Positions 1 to 12,949 of a stretch of DNA of 64,000 nt are shown here, piece after piece. Both the position numbers and the translations under genes were made by a program. Every line of letters begins with the position of its first letter. Position 1 is the stretch's first letter. The notes under the pieces are model-generated. The model made no database searches. It was given only the letters and a program-made list of their open reading frames with translations, and was not told the origin of the DNA. Source of the stretch: Eledone cirrhosa (taxonomy: Eukaryota); NCBI GenBank assembly GCA_964016885.1, contig OZ024740.1, forward strand, positions 317,998,001 to 318,062,000, read 5' to 3'.

Positions 1-3000
1 CTCGTCTATTTCCACAACTTGCATTCTATCTGACATTCTAACGACTCTACCAATTCGAAGTCTTTCTACTACAATACTCACAACAAATAATCCAGGATTG
101 TCTCGTCTATTTCCACAAATTACATTCTATCTGACATTCTAACGACTCTACCAATTCGCTGTCTTTCTACTACAATACTCACAACAAATAATCCAGGATT
201 GTCTCGTCTATTTCCACAACATACATTCTATCTGACATTCTAACGACTCTACCAATTCGCTGTCTTTCTACTACAATACTCAACAAATAATCCAGGACAG
301 TCTCGTCTATTTCTACAACTTACGTTCTATCTGACATTCTAAAGACTCTAACAATTCGAAGTCTTTCTACTACAATACTCAGAACAAATAATCCAGGTTT
401 GTCTCGTCTATTTCCACAACTTACATTCTATCTAACATTCTAACGACTCTACCAATTCGAAGCCTTTTTACTACATTACTCACAACAAATAATTCAGGAT
501 TGTCTCGTCTATTTCCACAAATTACGTCCTATCTGACATTCTAACGACTCTACCAATTCGCAGTCTTTCTACTACAATACTCACAACAAATAATCCAGGA
601 TTGTCTCGTCTATTTCCACAACTTACATTCTATCTGATATTCTAACGACTCTACCAATTCGAAGTCTGTCTACTACAATACTCACAACAAATAATCCAGG
701 ATTGTCTCGTCTATTTCCACAACTTACATTCTATCTGATATTCTAACAACTCTACCAATTCGAAGTCTTTCTACTACAATACTAACAACAAATAATCCAG
801 GAATGTCTCTTCTATTTCCACAACTTACATTCTATCTGACATTCTAACATCTCTACCGATTCGAAATCTTTCTACTACAATACTCACAACAAATAATCCA
901 GGATTGTCTCGTCTATTTCCACAACTTACATTCTATCTGATATTCTAACGACTCTACCAATTCGAAGTCTTTCTACTACAATACTAACAACAAATAATCC
1001 AGGATTGTCTCTTCTATTTCCACAACTTACATTCTATCTGACATTCTAACAACTCTACCAATTCGAAGTCTTTCTACTACAATACTCACAACAAATAATA
1101 CAGGATTGGCTCGTCTATTTCCACAACTTACATTCTATCTGATATTCTAACGACTCTACCAATTCGCTGTCTTTCTACTACAATACTAACAACAAATAAT
1201 CCAGGATTGTCTCTTCTATTTCCACAACATACATTCTATCTAACATTCTAACAACTCCACCAATTCGAAATCTTTCTACTACAATACTCACAACAAATCA
1301 TCCAGGATTGTCTCGTCTATTTCCACAACATACATTCTATCTGACATTCTAACGACTCTACCAATTCGCTGTCTTTCTACTACAATACTCAACAAATAAT
1401 CCAGGACTGTCTCGTCTATTTCCACAACTTACGTTCTATCTGACATTCTAAAGACTCTAACAATTCGAAGTCTTTCTACTACAATACTCAGAACAAATAA
1501 TCCAGGTTTGTCTCGTCTATTTCCACAACTTACATTCTATCTAACATTCTAACGACTCTACCAATTCGAAGCCTTTTTACTACATTACTCACAACAAATA
1601 ATTCAGGATTGCCCCGTCTATTTCCACAACTTACATTCTACCTGTCATTCTAACGACTCTACCAATTCGCTGTCTTTCTACTACAATACTCACAACAAAT
1701 AATCCAGGATTGTCTCGTCTATTTCCACAACTTACATTCTATCTAACATTCTAACAACTCCACCAATTCGAAATCTTTCTACTACAATACTCACAACAAA
1801 TAATCCAGGATTGTCTCGTCTATTTCCACAACTTACATTCTATCTGATATTCTAACGACTCTACCAATTCGAAGTCTTTCTACTACAATACTAACAACAA
1901 ATAATCCAGGAATGTCTCGTCTATTTCCACAACTTACATTCTATCTGACATTCTAACATCTCTACCGATTCGAAATCTTTCTACTACAATACTCACAACA
2001 AATAATCCAGGATTGTCTCGTCTATTTCCACAACTTACATTCTATCTGATATTCTAACGACTCTACCAATTCGAAGTCTTTCTAATACAATACTAAAAAC
2101 AAATAATCCAGGATTGTCTCTTCTATTTCCACAACTTACATTCTATCTGACATTCTAACAACTCTACCAATTCGAAGTCTTTCTACTACAATACTCACAA
2201 CAAATAATACAGGATTGGCTCGTCTATTTCCACAACTTACATTCTATCTGATATTCCAACGACTCTACCAATTCGCTGTCTTTCTACTACAATACTAACA
2301 ACAAATAATCCAGGATTGTCTCTCCTATTTCCACAACATACATTCTATCTAACATTCTAACAACTCCACCAATTCGAAATCTTTCTACTACAATACTCAC
2401 AACAAATCATCCAGGATTGTCACGTCTATTTCCACAACTTACATTCTATCTGATATTGTAACGACTCTACCAATTCGAAGTCTTTCTACTACAATACTAA
2501 CAACAAATAATCCAGGATTGTCTCTTCTATTTCCACAACTTGCATTCTATCTGACATTCTAACGACTCTACCAATTCGAAGTCTTTCTACTACAATACTC
2601 ACAACAAATAATCCAGGATTGTCTCGTCTATTTCCACAACATACATTCTATCTGACATTCTAACGACTCTACCAATTCGCTGTCTTTCTACTACAATACT
2701 CAACAAATAATCCAGGTTTGTCTCGTCTATTTCCACAACTTACATTCTATCTAACATTCTAACGACTCTACCAATTCGAAGCCTTTTTACTACAATACTC
2801 ACAACAAATAATTCAGGATTGCCCCGTCTATTTCCACAACTTACATTCTACCTGTCATTCTAACGACTCTACCAATTCGCTGTCTTTCTACTACAATACT
2901 CACAACAAATAATCCAGGATTGTCTCGTCTATTTCCACAACTTACATTCTATCTAACATTCTAACAACTCCACCAATTCGAAATCTTTCTACTACAATAC

Positions 3001-3129
3001 TCACAACAAATCATCCAGGATTGTCTCGTCTATTTCCACAACTTACATTCTATCTGATATTCTAACGACTCTACCAATTCGAAGTCTTTCTACTACAATA
3101 CTAACAACAAATAATCCAGGATTGTCTCT

Positions 3130-6100
3130 TCTATTTCCACAACTTACATTCTATCTAACATTCTAACAACTCCACCAATTCGAAATCTTTCTACCACAAT
3201 ACTCACAACAAATCATCCAGGATTGTCTCGTCTATTTCCACAACTTACATTCTATCTGATATTCTAACGACTCTACCAATTCGAAGTCTTTCTACTACAA
3301 TACTAACAACAAATAATCCAGGATTGTCTCTTCTATTTCCACAACTTGCATTCTATCTGACATTCTAATGACTCTACCAATTCGAAGTCTTTCTACTACA
3401 ATACTCACAACAAATAATCCAGGATTGTCTCGTCTATTTCCACAACTTGCATTCTATCTGACATTCTAACGACTCTACCAATTCGAAGTCTTTCTACTAC
3501 AATACTCACAACAAATAATCCAGGATTGTCTCGTCTATTTCCACAAATTACATTCTATCTGACATTCTAACGACTCTACCAATTCGCTGTCTTTCTACTA
3601 CAATACTCACAACAAATAATCCAGGATAGTCTCGTCTATTTCCACAACATACATTCTATCTGACATTCTAACGACTCTACCAATTCGCTGTCTTTCTACT
3701 ACAATACTCAACAAATAATCCAGGACTGTCTCGTCTATTTCCACAACTTACGTTCTATCTGACATTCTAAAGACTCTAACAATTCGAAGTCTTTCTACTA
3801 CAATACTCAGAACAAATAATCCAGGTTTGTCTCGTCTATTTCCACAACTTACATTCTATCTAACATTCTAACGACTCTACCAATTCGAAGCCTTTTTACT
3901 ACATTACTCACAACAAATAATTCAGGATTGCCCCGTCTATTTCCACAACTTACATTCTACCTGTCATTCTAACGACTCTACCAATTCGCTGTCTTTCTAC
4001 TACAATACTCACAATAAATAATCCAGGATTGTCTCGTCTATTTCCACAACTTACATTCTATCTAACATTCTAACAACTCCACCAATTCGAAATCTTTCTA
4101 CTACAATACTCACAACAAATCATCCAGGATTGTCTCGTCTATTTCCACAACTTACATTCTATCTGATATTCTAACGACTCTACCAATTCGAAGTCTTTCT
4201 ACTACAATACTAACAACAAATAATCCAGGATTGTCTCTTCTATTTCCACAACTTACATTCTATCTAACATTCTAACAACTCCACCAATTCGAAATCTTTC
4301 TACTACAATACTCACAACAAATCATCCAGGATTGTCTCGTCTATTTCCACAATTTACATTCTATCTGATATTCTAACGACTCTACCAATTCGAAGTCTTT
4401 CTACTACAATACTAACAACAAATAATCCAGGATTGTCTCTTCTATTTCCACAACTTGCATTCTATCTGACATTCTAATGACTCTACCAATTCGAAGTCTT
4501 TCTACTACAATACTCACAACAAATAATCCAGGATTGTCTCGTCTATTTCCACAACTTGCATTCTATCTGACATTCTAACGACTCTACCAATTCGAAGTCT
4601 TTCTACTACAATACTCACAACAAATCATCCAGGATTGTATCGTCTATTTCCACAAATTACATTCTATCTGACATTCTAACGACTCTACCAATTCGCTGTC
4701 TTTCTACTACAATACTCACAACAAATAATCCAGGATTGTCTCGTCTATTTCCACAACATACATTCTATCTGACATTCTAACGACTCTACCAATTCGCTGT
4801 CTTTCTACTACAATACTCAACAAATAATCCAGGACTGTCTCGTCTATTTCCACAACTTACGTTCTATCTGACATTCTAAAGACTCTAACAATTCGAAGTC
4901 TTTCTACTACAATACTCAGAACAAATAATCCAGGTTTGTCTCGTCTATTTCCACAACTTACATTCTATCTAACATTCTAACGACTCTACCAATTCGAAGC
5001 CTTTTTACTACATTACTCACAACAAATAATTCAGGATTGTCTCGTCTATTTCCACAAATTACGTTCTATCTGACATTCTAACGACTCTACCAATTCGCTG
5101 TCTTTCTACTACAATACTCACAACAAATAATCCAGGATTGTCTCGTCTATTTCCACAACTTACATTCTATCTCATATTCTAACGACTCTACCAATTCGAA
5201 GTCTGTCTACTACAATACTCACAACAAATAATCCAGGATTGTCTCGTCTATTTCCACAACTTACATTCTATCTAACATTCTAACAACTCCACCAATTCGA
5301 AATCTTTCTACCACAATACTCACAACAAATCATCCAGGATTGTCTCGTCTATTTCCACAACTTACATTCTATCTGATATTCTAACGACTCTACCAATTCG
5401 AAGTCTTTCTACTACAATACTAACAACAAATAATCCAGGATTGTCTCTTCTATTTCCACAACTTGCATTCTATCTGACATTCTAATGACTCTACCAATTC
5501 GAAGTCTTTCTACTACAATACTCACAACAAATAATCCAGGATTGTCTCGTCTATTTCCACAACTTGCATTCTATCTGACATTCTAACGACTCTACCAATT
5601 CGAAGTCTTTCTACTACAATACTCACAACAAATAATCCAGGATTGTCTCGTCTATTTCCACAAATTACATTCTATCTGACATTCTAACGACTCTACCAAT
5701 TCGCTGTCTTTCTACTACAATACTCACAACAAATAATCCAGGATAGTCTCGTCTATTCCCACAACATACATTCTATCTGACATTCTAACGACTCTACCAA
5801 TTCGCTGTCTTTCTACTACAATACTCAACAAATAATCCAGGACTGTCTCGTCTATTTCCACAACTTACGTTCTATCTGACATTCTAAAGACTCTAACAAT
5901 TCGAAGTCTTTCTACTACAATACTCAGAACAAATAATCCAGGTTTGTCTCGTCTATTTCCACAACTTACATTCTATCTAACATTCTAACGACTCTACCAA
6001 TTCGAAGCCTTTTTACTACATTACTCACAACAAATAATTCAGGATTGCCCCGTCTATTTCCACAACTTACATTCTACCTGTCATTCTAACGACTCTACCA

Positions 6101-9100
6101 ATTCGCTGTCTTTCTACTACAATACTCACAATAAATAATCCAGGATTGTCTCGTCTATTTCCACAACTTACATTCTATCTAACATTCTAACAACTCCACC
6201 AATTCGAAATCTTTCTACTACAATACTCACAACAAATCATCCAGGATTGTCTCGTCTATTTCCACAACTTACATTCTATCTGATATTCTAACGACTCTAC
6301 CAATTCGAAGTCTTTCTACTACAATACTAACAACAAATAATCCAGGATTGTCTCTTCTATTTCCACAACTTACATTCTATCTAACATTCTAACAACTCCA
6401 CCAATTCGAAATCTTTCTACTACAATACTCACAACAAATCATCCAGGATTGTCTCGTCTATTTCCACAACTTACATTCTATCTGATATTCTAACGACTCT
6501 ACCAATTCGAAGTCTTTCTACTACAATACTAACAACAAATAATCCAGGATTGTCTCTTCTATTTCCACAACTTGCATTCTATCTGACATTCTAATGACTC
6601 TACCAATTCGAAGTCTTTCTACTACAATACTCACAACAAATAATCCAGGATTGTCTCGTCTATTTCCACAACTTGCATTCTATCTGACATTCTAACGACT
6701 CTACCAATTCGAAGTCTTTCTACTACAATACTCACAACAAATCATCCAGGATTGTATCGTCTATTTCCACAAATTACATTCTATCTGACATTCTAACGAC
6801 TCTACCAATTCGCTGTCTTTCTACTACAATACTCACAACAAATAATCCAGGATTGTCTCGTCTATTTCCACAACATACATTCTATCTGACATTCTAACGA
6901 CTCTACCAATTCGCTGTCTTTCTACTACAATACTCAACAAATAATCCAGGACTGTCTCGTCTATTTCCACAACTTACGTTCTATCTGACATTCTAAAGAC
7001 TCTAACAATTCGAAGTCTTTCTACTACAATACTCAGAACAAATAATCCAGGTTTGTCTCGTCTATTTCCACAACTTACATTCTATCTAACATTCTAACGA
7101 CTCTACCAATTCGAAGCCTTTTTACTACATTACTCACAACAAATAATTCAGGATTGTCTCGTCTATTTCCACAAATTACGTTCTATCTGACATTCTAACG
7201 ACTCTACCAATTCGCTGTCTTTCTACTACAATACTCACAACAAATAATCCAGGATTGTCTCGTCTATTTCCACAACTTACATTCTATCTCATATTCTAAC
7301 GACTCTACCAATTCGAAGTCTGTCTACTACAATACTCACAACAAATAATCCAGGATTGTCTCGTCTATTTCCACAACTTACATTCTATCTAACATTCTAA
7401 CAACTCCACCAATTCGAAATCTTTCTACCACAATACTCACAACAAATCATCCAGGATTGTCTCGTCTATTTCCACAACTTACATTCTATCTGATATTCTA
7501 ACGACTCTACCAATTCGAAGTCTTTCTACTACAATACTAACAACAAATAATCCAGGATTGTCTCTTCTATTTCCACAACTTGCATTCTATCTGACATTCT
7601 AATGACTCTACCAATTCGAAGTCTTTCTACTACAATACTCACAACAAATAATCCAGGATTGTCTCGTCTATTTCCACAACTTGCATTCTATCTGACATTC
7701 TAACGACTCTACCAATTCGAAGTCTTTCTACTACAATACTCACAACAAATAATCCAGGATTGTCTCGTCTATTTCCACAAATTACATTCTATCTGACATT
7801 CTAACGACTCTACCAATTCGCTGTCTTTCTACTACAATACTCACAACAAATAATCCAGGATAGTCTCGTCTATTCCCACAACATACATTCTATCTGACAT
7901 TCTAACGACTCTACCAATTCGCTGTCTTTCTACTACAATACTCAACAAATAATCCAGGACTGTCTCGTCTATTTCCACAACTTACGTTCTATCTGACATT
8001 CTAAAGACTCTAACAATTCGAAGTCTTTCTACTACAATACTCAGAACAAATAATCCAGGTTTGTCTCGTCTATTTCCACAACTTACATTCTATCTAACAT
8101 TCTAACGACTCTACCAATTCGAAGCCTTTTTACTACATTACTCACAACAAATAATTCAGGATTGCCCCGTCTATTTCCACAACTTACATTCTACCTGTCA
8201 TTCTAACGACTCTACCAATTCGCTGTCTTTCTACTACAATACTCACAATAAATAATCCAGGATTGTCTCGTCTATTTCCACAACTTACATTCTATCTAAC
8301 ATTCTAACAACTCCACCAATTCGAAATCTTTCTACTACAATACTCACAACAAATCATCCAGGATTGTCTCGTCTATTTCCACAACTTACATTCTATCTGA
8401 TATTCTAACGACTCTACCAATTCGAAGTCTTTCTACTACAATACTAACAACAAATAATCCAGGATTGTCTCTTCTATTTCCACAACTTACATTCTATCTA
8501 ACATTCTAACAACTCCACCAATTCGAAATCTTTCTACTACAATACTCACAACAAATCATCCAGGATTGTCTCGTCTATTTCCACAACTTACATTCTATCT
8601 GATATTCTAACGACTCTACCAATTCGAAGTCTTTCTACTACAATACTAACAACAAATAATCCAGGATTGTCTCTTCTATTTCCACAACTTGCATTCTATC
8701 TGACATTCTAATGACTCTACCAATTCGAAGTCTTTCTACTACAATACTCACAACAAATAATCCAGGATTGTCTCGTCTATTTCCACAACTTGCATTCTAT
8801 CTGACATTCTAACGACTCTACCAATTCGAAGTCTTTCTACTACAATACTCACAACAAATCATCCAGGATTGTATCGTCTATTTCCACAAATTACATTCTA
8901 TCTGACATTCTAACGACTCTACCAATTCGCTGTCTTTCTACTACAATACTCACAACAAATAATCCAGGATTGTCTCGTCTATTTCCACAACATACATTCT
9001 ATCTGACATTCTAACGACTCTACCAATTCGCTGTCTTTCTACTACAATACTCAACAAATAATCCAGGACTGTCTCGTCTATTTCCACAACTTACGTTCTA

Positions 9101-11530
9101 TCTGACATTCTAAAGACTCTAACAATTCGAAGTCTTTCTACTACAATACTCAGAACAAATAATCCAGGTTTGTCTCGTCTATTTCCACAACTTACATTCT
9201 ATCTAACATTCTAACGACTCTACCAATTCGAAGCCTTTTTACTACATTACTCACAACAAATAATTCAGGATTGTCTCGTCTATTTCCACAAATTACGTTC
9301 TATCTGACATTCTAACGACTCTACCAATTCGCTGTCTTTCTACTACAATACTCACAACAAATAATCCAGGATTGTCTCGTCTATTTCCACAACTTACATT
9401 CTATCTCATATTCTAACGACTCTACCAATTCGAAGTCTGTCTACTACAATACTCACAACAAATAATCCAGGATTGTCTCGTCTATTTCCACAACTTACAT
9501 TCTATCTAACATTCTAACAACTCCACCAATTCGAAATCTTTCTACCACAATACTCACAACAAATCATCCAGGATTGTCTCGTCTATTTCCACAACTTACA
9601 TTCTATCTGATATTCTAACGACTCTACCAATTCGAAGTCTTTCTACTACAATACTAACAACAAATAATCCAGGATTGTCTCTTCTATTTCCACAACTTGC
9701 ATTCTATCTGACATTCTAATGACTCTACCAATTCGAAGTCTTTCTACTACAATACTCACAACAAATAATCCAGGATTGTCTCGTCTATTTCCACAACTTG
9801 CATTCTATCTGACATTCTAACGACTCTACCAATTCGAAGTCTTTCTACTACAATACTCACAACAAATAATCCAGGATTGTCTCGTCTATTTCCACAAATT
9901 ACATTCTATCTGACATTCTAACGACTCTACCAATTCGCTGTCTTTCTACTACAATACTCACAACAAATAATCCAGGATAGTCTCGTCTATTTCCACAACA
10001 TACATTCTATCTGACATTCTAACGACTCTACCAATTCGCTGTCTTTCTACTACAATACTCAGAACAAATAATCCAGGTTTGTCTCGTCTATTTCCACAAC
10101 TTACATTCTATCTAACATTCTAACGACTCTACCAATTCGAAGCCTTTTTACTACATTACTCACAACAAATAATTCAGGATTGCCCCGTCTATTTCCACAA
10201 CTTACATTCTACCTGTCATTCTAATGACTCTACCAATTCGCTGTCTTTCTACTACAATACTCACAATAAATAATCCAGGATTGTCTCGTCTATTTCCACA
10301 ACTTACATTCTATCTAACATTCTAACAACTCCACCAATTCGAAATCTTTCTACTACAATACTCACAACAAATCATCCAGGATTGTCTCGTCTATTTCCAC
10401 AACTTACATTCTATCTGATATTCTAACGACTCTACCAATTCGAAGTCTTTCTACTACAATACTAACAACAAATAATCCAGGATTGTCTCTTCTATTTCCA
10501 CAACTTACATTCTATCTAACATTCTAACAACTCCACCAATTCGAAATCTTTCTACTACAATACTCACAACAAATCATCCAGGATTGTCTCGTCTATTTCC
10601 ACAACTTACATTCTATCTGATATTCTAACGACTCTACCAATTCGAAGTCTTTCTACTACAATACTAACAACAAATAATCCAGGATTGTCTCTTCTATTTC
10701 CACAACTTGCATTCTATCTGACATTCTAATGACTCTACCAATTCGAAGTCTTTCTACTACAATACTCACAACAAATAATCCAGGATTGTCTCGTCTATTT
10801 CCACAACTTGCATTCTATCTGACATTCTAACGACTCTACCAATTCGAAGTCTTTCTACTACAATACTCACAACAAATCACCCAGGATTGTATCGTCTATT
10901 TCCACAAATTACATTCTATCTGACATTCTAACGACTCTACCAATTCGCTGTCTTTCTACTACAATACTCACAACAAATAATCCAGGATTGTCTCGTCTAT
11001 TTCCACAACATACATTCTATCTGACATTCTAACGACTCTACCAATTCGCTGTCTTTCTACTACAATACTCAACAAATAATCCAGGACTGTCTCGTCTATT
11101 TCCACAACTTACGTTCTATCTGACATTCTAAAGACTCTAACAATTCGAAGTCTTTCTACTACAATACTCAGAACAAATAATCCAGGTTTGTCTCGTCTAT
11201 TTCCACAACTTACATTCTATCTAACATTCTAACGACTCTACCAATTCGAAGCCTTTTTACTACATTACTCACAACAAATAATTCAGGATTGTCTCGTCTA
11301 TTTCCACAAATTACGTTCTATCTGACATTCTAACGACTCTACCAATTCGCTGTCTTTCTACTACAATACTCACAACAAATAATCCAGGATTGTCTCGTCT
11401 ATTTCCACAACTTACATTCTATCTCATATTCTAACGACTCTACCAATTCGAAGTCTGTCTACTACAATACTCACAACAAATAATCCAGGATTGTCTCGTC
11501 TATTTCCACAACTTACATTCTATCTAACAT
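3130..11530. repeat. 21-mer higher-order repeat, 2117 bp (19x101 + 2x99), about 4 tandem copies; the 4th lacks one monomer
   Basis: Rare variants recur at exactly 2117 bp: GGATAG at 3628/5745/7862/9979, CTACCAC at 3195/5312/7429/9546, GTATCG at 4639/6756/8873, then 10891 (2018 = 2117-99). Confidence 0.95.
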
Positions 11531-12780
11531 TCTAACGACTCTACCAATTCGAAGCCTTTTTACTACATTACTCACAACAAATAATTCAGGATTGCCCCGT
11601 CTATTTCCACAACTTACATTCTACCTGTCATTCTAACGACTCTACCAATTCGCTGTCTTTCTACTACAATACTCACAATAAATAATCCAGGATTGTCTCG
11701 TCTATTTCCACAACTTACATTCTATCTAACATTCTAACAACTCCACCAATTCGAAATCTTTCTACTACAATACTCACAACAAATCATCCAGGATTGTCTC
11801 GTCTATTTCCACAACTTACATTCTATCTGATATTCTAACGACTCTACCAATTCGAAGTCTTTCTACTACAATACTAACAACAAATAATCCAGGATTGTCT
11901 CTTCTATTTCCACAACTTACATTCTATCTAACATTCTAACAACTCCACCAATTCGAAATCTTTCTACTACAATACTCACAACAAATCATCCAGGATTGTC
12001 TCGTCTATTTCCACAACTTACATTCTATCTGATATTCTAACGACTCTACCAATTCGAAGTCTTTCTACTACAATACTAACAACAAATAATCCAGGATTGT
12101 CTCTTCTATTTCCACAACTTGCATTCTATCTGACATTCTAATGACTCTACCAATTCGAAGTCTTTCTACTACAATACTCACAACAAATAATCCAGGATTG
12201 TCTCGTCTATTTCCACAACTTGCATTCTATCTGACATTCTAACGACTCTACCAATTCGAAGTCTTTCTACTACAATACTCACAACAAATCATCCAGGATT
12301 GTATCGTCTATTTCCACAAATTACATTCTATCTGACATTCTAACGACTCTACCAATTCGCTGTCTTTCTACTACAATACTCACAACAAATAATCCAGGAT
12401 TGTCTCGTCTATTTCCACAACATACATTCTATCTGACATTCTAACGACTCTACCAATTCGCTGTCTTTCTACTACAATACTCAACAAATAATCCAGGACT
12501 GTCTCGTCTATTTCCACAACTTACGTTCTATCTGACATTCTAAAGACTCTAACAATTCGAAGTCTTTCTACTACAATACTCAGAACAAATAATCCAGGTT
12601 TGTCTCGTCTATTTCCACAACTTACATTCTATCTAACATTCTAACGACTCTACCAATTCGAAGCCTTTTTACTACATTACTCACAACAAATAATTCAGGA
12701 TTGTCTCGTCTATTTCCACAAATTACGTTCTATCTGACATTCTAACGACTCTACCAATTCGCTGTCTTTCTACTACAATA
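10080..12780. repeat. Tandem duplication with a 14-monomer (1412 bp) offset, derived from part of the 21-mer
   Basis: GTATCG variant at 10891 and 12303 (1412 = 13x101 + 99), with the same order of flanking monomer types. Confidence 0.85.
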
Positions 12781-12949
12781 CTAACAACAAATAATCCAGG
12801 ATTGTCTCGTCTATTTCCACAACTTACATTCTATCTGATATTCTAACAACTCTACCAATTCGAAGTCTGTCTACTACATTACTCACAACAAATAATTCAG
12901 GATTGTCTCGTCTATTTCCACAAATTACGTTCTATCTGACATTCTAACG

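Noticed and set aside
29-46. CENP-B box-like motif on the minus strand (GTCGTTAGAA resembles TTCGTTGGAA)
   Set aside because: Only about 4 of the 9 essential positions match and the CGGG half is absent.
92-96. CCAGG as a bacterial Dcm or restriction-modification site array
   Set aside because: It is a 5-bp motif multiplied by tandem amplification, and nothing indicates a prokaryotic context.
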